Source: SAR86 cluster bacterium
Lineage (GTDB): Bacteria; Pseudomonadota; Gammaproteobacteria; Magnimaribacterales; TMED112
DNA length: 64,000 bases
Assembly: GCA_023703535.1 (NCBI GenBank)
Contig: CP097967.1
Span: 691,208-755,207 of the forward strand
Direction: 5' to 3'
Under the pieces are notes generated by a model. It worked only from the letters and a program-made list of their open reading frames with translations. It did no database searches and was not told the DNA's origin. Positions 16,770 through 25,514 of this stretch are shown here, one piece after another (positions within the stretch are counted from its first letter, which is position 1; each line of letters begins with the position of its first letter). The translations under genes were made by a program, and so were the position numbers.

Positions 16770-18703
16770 GACTTAAAAGAATCCTTGTAGCAAATAGAGG
16801 CGAAATTGCGCTCAGAATTATTAAAACTATTAAAGAAATGGGCTTAGAAGCTGTTGCTATGTATGTGGAAATTGATAAAAACTCTGTATATGTTCAGAAT
16901 TCTGATCATGCATTTAGACTTGATAATGGGTATATGGATCAAGATGAAATCATTAATAAAGCAAAGCAATTTAATGTAGATGCAATACATCCAGGCTATG
17001 GGTTTTTATCTGAAAATGCAGAGTTTTGCAAAAAAATAAAAAATGAAAAGATTGTTTGGATTGGGCCGGACGCAGAAACAATTGAATTAATGGGAGATAA
17101 AATCAATTCAAAAAATTTTTGTATAAAACAAAATATTCCAACACTCAGCAAGACCTCTAAACTCTCTGATGCAAAAAAAATAGGTTATCCAATCTTAGTA
17201 AAGGCTTCTGCAGGAGGTGGTGGCAAAGGAATGAGAGTAGTTAATTCGCCAAAAGAACTTGATGACTCTGTAGCAGCAGCCAAAAGAGAGGCTAAATCAA
17301 GCTTTGGAGATAACAGAGTTTTTTTAGAGAAGTTCATTGAAAAATCTAGGCATATTGAGGTGCAAATATTAGGTGATAATTTCGGGAATGTAATACATCT
17401 TGGTGAGAGAGAATGTTCAATTCAAAGAAGGCACCAAAAAATTATAGAAGAAAGTCCCTCTTTAAGACTGACTGAAGATTTAAGGCAAAATATTACAAGT
17501 ACAGCTGTTGAGTTAGCTAAAAAGTTAAACTACAAATCTGCAGGAACAGTTGAATTTATTTTTGATGAAAATACAAACGAATTTTGGTTTTTAGAGGTAA
17601 ATACTCGTCTCCAAGTTGAGCATCCAGTTACAGAAATGGTAACAGGCATCGATCTTGTTAGAGAACAAATAAAGGTTGCTAGTGGAAAAAGACTTTCATT
17701 CCAACAATCAGATATAGTCTTTAAAGGTCATGCTATTGAGGCAAGACTTTATGCAGAGAATCCCAATAATGACTTTCTTCCTGAAACTGGAACTATTGCT
17801 AACTTATCTTTTTCAAACTCAGCAAATATCAGATGGGACACAGGAATCAAAAAAGGAGATAAAGTTACTCCAGACTTTGACCCCATGCTTGCAAAAGTAA
17901 TTTCGTTTTCAGAAACTAGGGAAGAATCAGCGAAAATCTTATCAAAAGAGCTTAAATCTATTCATCTACCAGGTGTTATAACAAATAAAGATTTTTTGAT
18001 TGGATGTCTAGAAAATAAATCATTTCTTAGCGGCAAAACTACTTCAGATTTCATTGAGCGGGAAAACAAGAAGCTATTTCCTCTGAAAGATAAGGGAAAT
18101 ATAGATAGATGCATGAAAGCTGCGGTTGCATGGTTACAGTTTTACCAAAAAACTTATAACAGCAATCTTAATTTTTTACCACGAAATTGGACAAATGGAA
18201 TATTGCCAAAGTCCACTCTGGCTTTTCTCTTGAATGATGAGGAATATATTTTTAAATATTCAAATACTGGAAATTTTTTAGAAATTTATAGAGAGCACTT
18301 TGAACGAATTTCACTCTCAAAAATTGAAATGGTAGAAGTTAGTGAGAATTTAATAATCTGTGAGATTGATGGAATAATCCTAAATGCCACTATTACCAAA
18401 TTTGGAGAAAGTATCTCAATAAATTCTGGTCAAGGAGATTTGATATTAAAAATTTTACCAACTTTTAATGATCTAACTGAGGTAGCTGCTGAGGGAAGCT
18501 TAACAGCACCTATGCCAGGTAAAATCATTAAGATTAATGCAAAATTAAATAAAACTGTAAAAGCTGGTGAGACACTTTTAATACTTGAAGCTATGAAGAT
18601 GGAACATGCTGTAAAAGCTGTATCTGATGGTAAAATTTCCGAAATGTATGTAAAAACAGGGGATCAGGTCGAAAGTGGTGCAAACCTACTTAAGATTGAT
18701 TGA
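16766..18703 (+). CDS. acyl-CoA carboxylase biotin carboxylase + BCCP (alpha) subunit
   Basis: 645 aa with the ATP-grasp BC domain (ILVANRGEIALRIIKT, GGGGKGMR, EVNTRLQVEHPVTE) and the C-terminal biotinyl motif EAMKMEH. Confidence 0.92.
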   Translation: MRLKRILVANRGEIALRIIKTIKEMGLEAVAMYVEIDKNSVYVQNSDHAFRLDNGYMDQDEIINKAKQFNVDAIHPGYGFLSENAEFCKKIKNEKIVWIGPDAETIELMGDKINSKNFCIKQNIPTLSKTSKLSDAKKIGYPILVKASAGGGGKGMRVVNSPKELDDSVAAAKREAKSSFGDNRVFLEKFIEKSRHIEVQILGDNFGNVIHLGERECSIQRRHQKIIEESPSLRLTEDLRQNITSTAVELAKKLNYKSAGTVEFIFDENTNEFWFLEVNTRLQVEHPVTEMVTGIDLVREQIKVASGKRLSFQQSDIVFKGHAIEARLYAENPNNDFLPETGTIANLSFSNSANIRWDTGIKKGDKVTPDFDPMLAKVISFSETREESAKILSKELKSIHLPGVITNKDFLIGCLENKSFLSGKTTSDFIERENKKLFPLKDKGNIDRCMKAAVAWLQFYQKTYNSNLNFLPRNWTNGILPKSTLAFLLNDEEYIFKYSNTGNFLEIYREHFERISLSKIEMVEVSENLIICEIDGIILNATITKFGESISINSGQGDLILKILPTFNDLTEVAAEGSLTAPMPGKIIKINAKLNKTVKAGETLLILEAMKMEHAVKAVSDGKISEMYVKTGDQVESGANLLKID

Positions 18704-20472
18704 TGAGTAAAAATACAATCAAAATTGCTAACTGTAGTGGATTCTATGGTGATAGGCTATCTGCTGCAAAAGAAATGGTTGATGGTGGTCCAATTGATGT
18801 TCTTACAGGTGACTACCTTGCAGAGCTAACCATGGCTATTCTATATGGTCAAAAAATACAAAGAGGAGAAAAAGCTGGTTATGTAGGAACTTTCCTTAAG
18901 CAATTGAAACAAATTGCCTCTTCTTGTTCAGAAAAAAATATTAAAGTCATCTCTAATGCTGGCGGACTCAATCCAAAAAGTATGGCCGATGAAGTAAAAA
19001 ATATACTTGATTCCGAAGGGCTGAATCTAAAAGTTGCATACATAGATGGTGACGATTTTATGGATAAATTTGATGAGCTAAAAAAAAATGGAGAAGAGCT
19101 TAAAAATTTAGATACTGGAGCTTCACTATTCAAACAAAGTCTTCCAGCAGTTTCTGCAAATTATTATTTAGGATGTTGGGGCATTAAAAAGGCTCTTGAT
19201 GAGGGTGCAGATATAGTAATTTGTCCGAGAGTTACAGACGCAGCACTAGTTATGGGGCCTGCAGCTTGGAAATTTAATTGGTCTAGAGATGACTATGATA
19301 AATTGGCTGGTTCACTGGCCGCTGGACATATTATAGAGTGTGGAGCTCAAGCTACAGGTGGCAACTATTCTTTTTTTAAAGAAGTTCCCTCATTTCAAAA
19401 TGTTGGATTCCCAATTGCAGAAATTGAAGAATCAGGCAATTTTAAAATATACAAACACAAAGGGACTGGTGGATTAGTATCAACCGGAACAGTTACAGCT
19501 CAATTACTTTATGAAATTTCATCGCCAAAATATCTTAGCCCAGATGTAATAGCTCACTTTGACTCATTAAAAATTGAAGATTTAGGTGATGACAAAGTAT
19601 TTATTTCAAACGTCAAAGGATCTCCTCCAACAAACAAACACAAGGCATGTATAAATCTGGCTGGCGGCTATAAAAATAGTATGGAGCTCATTGTTACAGG
19701 TTTAGATATTGAAGAAAAAGCAAAAATATTTACCGATGAATTGTTTCGCTCTCTCGGAGGTAAGGATGAATTCGATGATGTCTCCATCCAATTAATTAGA
19801 ACAGACAAGAAGGAGCCATTAACTAATGAAGAGGCTATGGCAATTTTAAAGATTGACGTAAAATCCTCTTCACCAGAAAAAGTTGGCAGAATATTTAGTG
19901 CAAAAGTAATAGAACTTGCTCTCGCTAACTATCCCGGGTGGACTGCTCAAAGTGAGATTAAACAAGCTTCGCCCTTCATTTCATATTGGCCTGCCTTAGT
20001 TGATTCAAAGAATGTGAAAGAAAAACTTCATTTCAATAATGAATCTAAAGTTATAGAAATCGAAAAGCATCAAGAACAACCAATTAACTTTGAAAAAATC
20101 AACATTGATGAATATGTTGCAAAGGATATTGAAAAAATAAATTTTGGAAGAATTTTTGGAACACGTTCGGGTGACAAAGGTGGGTGTGCAAATTTAGGTG
20201 TATGGGCAAAAGATGCTTCAAGTTATTCTTATCTCTACCATTTTTTAACCGTAGAACAATTAAAAAAATTATTACCTGATCTTGAGTGTTTTGAAATTGA
20301 AAGATATGAACTGCCTAACATTTTTGCACTAAATTTTTATGTCAAAGGAATACTTGAAAATGGGGTATCATCTAATAATAGGAAAGATGGGCAGGCCAAA
20401 AGTCTTGGAGAATATCTAGGCACAAAGCTCATTGACTGTCCTAAAGAATTTATTGAAAAATATGCAAATTAA
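18700..20472 (+). CDS. AtuA-like acyclic terpene utilisation family protein (DUF1446 with C-terminal extension)
   Basis: 590 aa. The N-terminus IKIANCSGFYGDRLSAAKEMVDGGPIDVLTGDYLAELTMAIL is characteristic of the AtuA/DUF1446 family. Overlaps the carboxylase alpha stop by 4 nt. Confidence 0.75.
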   Translation: MMSKNTIKIANCSGFYGDRLSAAKEMVDGGPIDVLTGDYLAELTMAILYGQKIQRGEKAGYVGTFLKQLKQIASSCSEKNIKVISNAGGLNPKSMADEVKNILDSEGLNLKVAYIDGDDFMDKFDELKKNGEELKNLDTGASLFKQSLPAVSANYYLGCWGIKKALDEGADIVICPRVTDAALVMGPAAWKFNWSRDDYDKLAGSLAAGHIIECGAQATGGNYSFFKEVPSFQNVGFPIAEIEESGNFKIYKHKGTGGLVSTGTVTAQLLYEISSPKYLSPDVIAHFDSLKIEDLGDDKVFISNVKGSPPTNKHKACINLAGGYKNSMELIVTGLDIEEKAKIFTDELFRSLGGKDEFDDVSIQLIRTDKKEPLTNEEAMAILKIDVKSSSPEKVGRIFSAKVIELALANYPGWTAQSEIKQASPFISYWPALVDSKNVKEKLHFNNESKVIEIEKHQEQPINFEKINIDEYVAKDIEKINFGRIFGTRSGDKGGCANLGVWAKDASSYSYLYHFLTVEQLKKLLPDLECFEIERYELPNIFALNFYVKGILENGVSSNNRKDGQAKSLGEYLGTKLIDCPKEFIEKYAN

Positions 20473-21247
20473 TGACTTAGAATTTAAAACTACGTTAGTC
20501 ACTCAAACTAATAACATCTTAGAAATTGTCTTAAACAGACCAGATAAAAAAAATGCCATTAATCCTACCATGACAAATGAACTGTTGTATGCCTTAAGTT
20601 TTGCCGAAAAAACACATGAAATCCGAGTGGTGAAATTTAGTGCTAATGGTGATGTTTTTTGCTCTGGTGGTGATTTGAGCGTTATGAAAGAAGAAAAAAA
20701 TGACCTTATTCCTGATATGAAAGGAGGTATAGCCGATATAGTCAAATCAATAAGAAAATTATGTAAACCAATAGTTATTGAGGTTAGGGGCAATGTTTAT
20801 GCAGGTGCTTTACTGCTTATAGCAAATGCTACTCATGTATTTGCTTCAGATCATGTAAAGTTTTCAGCGCCTGAAATTAAAAGAGGTATATGGCCTTTTA
20901 TGGTAATGGCTGGTTTATTTAGAGTAATGAACAGAAGAGCTGGTTTAGATTTTATTATGAGAGGAAACCAAATTAATGCTGTCGAAGCAAAAGAACAAGG
21001 ATTAATAACAGAGTTTTATTCTGAAAAGGATATTGGTAAAAAGGTTCAGGAAGTAGTTGATGAGCTAGCCGCATTACCTCCAAAAGCAATGAAAAAAGGT
21101 TTAAATGCCTTTTATAAACAAGAATTTAAGGATTTTGATGAAGCAATGGATTTTTTAGAAAAGCAAATTGCTGAAAGTCTTCAAAGTGAAGAGGCTCAAG
21201 AGGGTATAACTGCATTTCTTGAAAAAAGACCACCCAACTGGAAATAA
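20462..21247 (+). CDS. enoyl-CoA hydratase/isomerase (crotonase) family
   Basis: Crotonase fold: LNRPDKKNAI, FCSGGDL, APEIKRGIWP. The track start is 20432; the in-frame ATG at 20462 (MQINDLEF..) gives a shorter overlap with the upstream gene. Confidence 0.85.
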   Translation: MQINDLEFKTTLVTQTNNILEIVLNRPDKKNAINPTMTNELLYALSFAEKTHEIRVVKFSANGDVFCSGGDLSVMKEEKNDLIPDMKGGIADIVKSIRKLCKPIVIEVRGNVYAGALLLIANATHVFASDHVKFSAPEIKRGIWPFMVMAGLFRVMNRRAGLDFIMRGNQINAVEAKEQGLITEFYSEKDIGKKVQEVVDELAALPPKAMKKGLNAFYKQEFKDFDEAMDFLEKQIAESLQSEEAQEGITAFLEKRPPNWK

Positions 21248-21318
21248 GGTTAAGGTATAATTGTTATGTATTTTAAGGAATCTGATCTAATACGAGAATT
21301 ATCTAAAAGGGGTAAAAA

Positions 21319-22455
21319 ATGAAGTCAAAAATTTGTGAAATACTTAATATAGAGTTTCCATTGCTAGCATTCAGTCATTGTAAGGATGTTGTTGCTCAGG
21401 TCTCAAAAGCAGGTGGCATGGGTGTCTTAGGAGCTGTTGGAATGACTCCTGAAATATTAGAACAAGAATTAAACTGGATAGATCAAAATGTAGATGGAAA
21501 ACCTTATGGTCTAGATCTGCTTGTACCAAATAATTTTGTTGGAAAAGAAGGAAGTGTTGATCCCAAAGATTTAGCGGAAATGATTCCACAAGAGTATCGT
21601 GATTTTAGAGCTGATGTCTTAGATAAATATGAAATTGAAAGTGATGGATTGAGAGAACAAACTCAAGATTATTCAAATTGGGGTGCGAATATGAAAGAAG
21701 ATGGAGCAACTGAAATGCTACAAATAGGCTTTGATCACGGTGTAAAACTTTATGCAAACGCTCTAGGAGTACCACCTAAGTGGATGTTAGATCTTTGTAA
21801 AAAGAATAATGTCCCTGTTGCAGCGCTTGTTGGGAAAAAAGAACATGCTGTTAAACAAGTAGAAGCAGGTGTAGATATTCTGGTTGTATCTGGAACTGAG
21901 GGTGGTGGTCATTGTGGAAGTGTATCAACTATGGTTTTAGTTCCTGAAGTTCACAGGGCAATTCAGCCAATTAAAGATGTTCCAATTTTGGCAGCAGGTG
22001 GAATTTGTACTGGAGAGCAAATGGCAGGTGCCATGGCAATGGGAGCATCAGGTGCTTGGTGCGCATCTGTTTTTTTAACAACCTCTGAAGCTGAAACTTC
22101 TGAAGTCGTAAAAGAAAAAATGCTTCATGCTTCATCAGATCAGACAGTTAGATCAAGGAGCAGAACAGGAAAGCATTCAAGACAATTAAAATCTGACTGG
22201 ACTGATGCATGGGAATCTCCTGATGCACCGGATCCCTTACCAATGCCTCTGCAGACAATGGTCAGCGAACCCGCTTTAGCAAAGATTGATAAAGCCTCAG
22301 ATGTGGGTCATGAAGGGGCAAAAAAACTTGCCACCTATTGGGTGGGTCAAGGGATTGGTCTTGTTAATGAAAAGCTCACAGCTGGGCAAACAGTACAAAA
22401 ATTTAAAGAAGAGTTTATAGATGCTTACGAAAGATTGAACTCGTTTATGGAGTAA
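21319..22455 (+). CDS. nitronate monooxygenase / NAD(P)H-dependent flavin oxidoreductase (NMO, 2-nitropropane dioxygenase-like)
   Basis: 378 aa TIM-barrel FMN enzyme with the motifs FPLLAFSHC, VVSGTEGGGHCG and PILAAGGI. Confidence 0.8.
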   Translation: MKSKICEILNIEFPLLAFSHCKDVVAQVSKAGGMGVLGAVGMTPEILEQELNWIDQNVDGKPYGLDLLVPNNFVGKEGSVDPKDLAEMIPQEYRDFRADVLDKYEIESDGLREQTQDYSNWGANMKEDGATEMLQIGFDHGVKLYANALGVPPKWMLDLCKKNNVPVAALVGKKEHAVKQVEAGVDILVVSGTEGGGHCGSVSTMVLVPEVHRAIQPIKDVPILAAGGICTGEQMAGAMAMGASGAWCASVFLTTSEAETSEVVKEKMLHASSDQTVRSRSRTGKHSRQLKSDWTDAWESPDAPDPLPMPLQTMVSEPALAKIDKASDVGHEGAKKLATYWVGQGIGLVNEKLTAGQTVQKFKEEFIDAYERLNSFME

Positions 22456-22458
22456 TGT

Positions 22459-23739
22459 ATCTTAAAATTAAATAACACTTACTTCCTTCTTTTAGTCACT
22501 GTACTCAATATCTTAAATATTGCTGATAGACATTTTCTGATAGCTTTTTCAGATGATATTATCCCTGCCCTTAATCTAACAAACGCAGAGTTTGGTTTGC
22601 TTACTGGAATTATATTCACTCTGATATATACAATCTCTGGAATTTTTGTTGGCTCATTAGCTGATCGTTTTAATAGATCAAGAATAATAGGTTGTGGAGT
22701 AATAATTTGGAGCTTTTTCACAGCTTTATCAGGCTTAGCAAAAAACTTTGTTCAACTAGCAATTCCAAGATTTTTTATAGGAGTAGGAGAATCAAGTATT
22801 ACACCAAGCACAATGTCAGTTTTGGCAGATAGATTTGGCAAACAAAGACTAGGTTTTGCTGCTGGTTTTTATTATATGGGTGTGCCTGTTGGGGTTGGGG
22901 TTGCCCTTTTGATTGCAGGCTTCTTGGGTCCAGTTATTGGATGGCGGGGTTCTTTTTACTTGCTAGGTGGAATTGGTGTTGCACTTGGCTTATTAATGTT
23001 ATTTGTAAAAGATCACCCCAGAACAAAACTGCCACGAAAGACTGAAACTAACAAAAGATCATTTAAAGAGGTTATTGCCCTCCTCTTTGAGGTGTTAGGC
23101 AAATCTAAATCTTTAGGCTTAACAATTTTAGCAGGAACTCTGTATCACTTCGTATTGGGAGCAGCAGCATTTGATATTAGATGGGCAGTAGTAGATAAAG
23201 GATTTGAAGCAGATTTCTATCTGCAGATTAATTCATTGGTATTTCTAGTTTTTGGGGTTGCTGGTAGTGTTTTTGGTGGAGCTATGAGCGATTGGGCTTT
23301 GAAAAAATACAATTTACCAAGAACTTGGTTCTTATTAATTCTTACCTTTGTGCTTATGCCTCTAGCCTTTACTAGATATGCAGATCCAACTTCTGTGATA
23401 TTTTGGATTGGTATTGTTAGCAGTGCCTTCAGTACTGGATGTTTCTATGGGCCAGTTTTTTCAGCGATTCAAGAAGTCGTTCCAGCAAATATCAGGGGTA
23501 GTGTAGTTGCTTTTAATCTTCTTTGTATAAACTTAGTTGGTTACAGTCTTGGCAGTTACACAGCCGGACTAAGCATTGACTACTTGCTTGATATGGGAGT
23601 GAGCCAACCCTATACCCATGTTTTAGTTGCTTCAGTAGTAATTTATTTACTAACAGGACCAATTTGTTATTACCTGGCTGGGAAACATTATGATGCTGAC
23701 AAAAAAGCACTTGAAATACAGTTTTCTAAAGAGACCTAA
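22459..23739 (+). CDS. MFS transporter; start codon non-canonical or frameshifted
   Basis: The track starts at TTG 22597. The same frame is open straight from the upstream TAA (22453-22455) and encodes TM1 plus ..FLLLVTVLNILNIADRHFLIAFSDDIIPALNLTNAEFGLLTG, the conserved MFS N-terminus. The MFS motif GSLADRFNRSRII follows. Confidence 0.78.
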   Translation: MLKLNNTYFLLLVTVLNILNIADRHFLIAFSDDIIPALNLTNAEFGLLTGIIFTLIYTISGIFVGSLADRFNRSRIIGCGVIIWSFFTALSGLAKNFVQLAIPRFFIGVGESSITPSTMSVLADRFGKQRLGFAAGFYYMGVPVGVGVALLIAGFLGPVIGWRGSFYLLGGIGVALGLLMLFVKDHPRTKLPRKTETNKRSFKEVIALLFEVLGKSKSLGLTILAGTLYHFVLGAAAFDIRWAVVDKGFEADFYLQINSLVFLVFGVAGSVFGGAMSDWALKKYNLPRTWFLLILTFVLMPLAFTRYADPTSVIFWIGIVSSAFSTGCFYGPVFSAIQEVVPANIRGSVVAFNLLCINLVGYSLGSYTAGLSIDYLLDMGVSQPYTHVLVASVVIYLLTGPICYYLAGKHYDADKKALEIQFSKET

Positions 23740-24704
23740 GGGTTTAAAACATTTTTCTTAAAAAAATTATAAATTTCTGATACTCCATCAATATCCATAT
23801 TAACCGAGTTACTTCCTGCCTTATTACCAGTACCTGGCCAGGTATGCCCTGCCCCATCAAAGAGAAAAAATTCAACACTAGTTCCTTTATCGCAATTTAA
23901 ATAAGAAGTTTTAACACCAGTGCTGCCATCATTTGGAGCGAGATCATCAACTAAGCTAATATCTGGTTGAGAGTTACAATTGTTATGAGCTGCCCAAAAT
24001 TCCATTAAATCTGTCTGGGATAAACCAAGACTAGGAAAGCCTAAAAAAGGAACCACTGAATCTTGCAAGCCATGCATTTGCATTACTGAAATAGGGCGAG
24101 TTGGTGAACAGCTACTATAAGTCTGAGGGGACATAGTCCCTGTCACAGATGCAACAGCTGCAATTCTTGCTCCTAAATTACATGCTAAGTGATAACTAAA
24201 AAATCCCCCATTAGACATGCCAGTTGAATAGATCCTTTGGTCATCAATATTATAAAGTGTCTGCAAGAGCGATATTAATTGATCTATAAATCCAATATCA
24301 TCTTGATTACTTGTTCCACCATCACCATTCCAATTATTCCAATGTGGGCCATTTCCATAGGTTGTTGTACCCTGAGGATGAGCAATAATAAATCCATTCT
24401 CGTCAGCTAAATTTCTAAAATCACCATAATTCATTTGCTCAAAAGCATTACTCCCAAAACCATGAAAGTTAAAAATTACAGAGGTAGGATTGCTTTGATT
24501 ATACGACTGAGGTACGTAAAGAATAAATTCTCTTCTTATACCATTATGTTGCAAATAACCGTCTAAAGTGCCTTTTTGATTTGGATTAATTCCTGAAGGG
24601 GGCATTTGATTTATTGGGCTTTGGCTGGAATCGTTCCCACTCCCACCACCACAACTGGATATTAAAATGATGACAAATAATTTAAGAATTAGTTTAGTTC
24701 TCAT
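23736..24704 (-). CDS. secreted lipoprotein esterase, PHB-depolymerase / feruloyl esterase (LpqC-like) family
   Basis: 322 aa counted from MRTKLILKLFVIILISSCGGG (lipobox), with the serine hydrolase motif GMSNGG and FNFHGFGSNA. The 15-codon N-terminal extension in the track runs into tRNA-Val and is rejected. Confidence 0.8.
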   Translation of the reverse strand: MRTKLILKLFVIILISSCGGGSGNDSSQSPINQMPPSGINPNQKGTLDGYLQHNGIRREFILYVPQSYNQSNPTSVIFNFHGFGSNAFEQMNYGDFRNLADENGFIIAHPQGTTTYGNGPHWNNWNGDGGTSNQDDIGFIDQLISLLQTLYNIDDQRIYSTGMSNGGFFSYHLACNLGARIAAVASVTGTMSPQTYSSCSPTRPISVMQMHGLQDSVVPFLGFPSLGLSQTDLMEFWAAHNNCNSQPDISLVDDLAPNDGSTGVKTSYLNCDKGTSVEFFLFDGAGHTWPGTGNKAGSNSVNMDIDGVSEIYNFFKKNVLNP

Positions 24705-24709
24705 GCTAC

Positions 24710-24786
24710 TGGTAGACCCGATTGGACTTGAACCAACGACCTCTGCCATGTCAAGACAGCGCTCTAACCAGCTGAGCTACGGGTCT
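24710..24786 (-). tRNA. tRNA-Val (anticodon GAC), CCA encoded
   Basis: Hand-folded. Acceptor AGACCCG/CGGGTCT, D arm GCTC-AGCTGGTTA-GAGC, anticodon stem CTGTC/GGCAG with loop TTGACAT, T arm GTTGG-TTCAAGT-CCAAT, 3' ACCA. 77 nt. Confidence 0.9.
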
Positions 24787-24817
24787 ATTTTTATAATTAT
24801 ATATTGTTTGAATTAAA

Positions 24818-25501
24818 CTAGACGTCAATAACTAATAATTCTGATTCTTCTTGAGTGGTTATCTTCAATTCGTTAGTATCTGTTATCTCTAAAGCATCGC
24901 CCTTTTTTAGCTCTATACCATTTACTTCGAACACTCCGAAAGAGGCTAAGACATACCCTGATCTTTTAAGCTTATGATTTAATTCTTTTTTAGCATTAAT
25001 TTTACCTGCATAAATATCAGCATCAGCATGAATAAATAATGGAGCTTCATCAGACCCACCAACTATAAGGTTCAGCCTATTTTCAACATGTTCTTTTGGA
25101 AACTCCATAGCATCCCACCTAGGTTCAACATTTAAAGCATTAGGTTTTATCCATATTTGATATAGGCTAGTTGTTTCATCCTCTAGATTATGTTCTGAAT
25201 GTTTTACTCCGGTACCAGCACTCATGACTTGAACATCTCCAGCATTTGTCTTTCCTTTATTCCCAAGGCTATCTTCATGCGTAATTGCTCCTTTCCTGAC
25301 ATAAGTAATAATTTCCATATTGTCGTGACCATGGGTTGCAAAGCCACTTTGAGCAGCTATTAAGTCATCATTTATTACCACTAAGTCACCAAATCCTGTA
25401 CGGTTTGGATCTTGATAAGAGCCAAAACTGAAGTGATGTCTTGCTTCCAGCCAGCCATGATTTACATGACCTAAACTTTCGTAGGAAATTTTATTTGTCA
25501 T
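24818..25501 (-). CDS. pirin family protein (cupin)
   Basis: 227 aa with the pirin N-terminal cupin motifs HHFSFGSY, GFATHGHDNMEIITYV..G and HSEHN. Confidence 0.9.
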   Translation of the reverse strand: MTNKISYESLGHVNHGWLEARHHFSFGSYQDPNRTGFGDLVVINDDLIAAQSGFATHGHDNMEIITYVRKGAITHEDSLGNKGKTNAGDVQVMSAGTGVKHSEHNLEDETTSLYQIWIKPNALNVEPRWDAMEFPKEHVENRLNLIVGGSDEAPLFIHADADIYAGKINAKKELNHKLKRSGYVLASFGVFEVNGIELKKGDALEITDTNELKITTQEESELLVIDV

Positions 25502-25514
25502 AAAGTCTATTTAG

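Noticed and set aside
24705-24749. 15-codon N-terminal extension (MAEVVGSSPIGSTSS) of the esterase ORF.
   Set aside because: It is a translation of the tRNA-Val gene body. The signal peptide and lipobox begin at the internal Met (24704).
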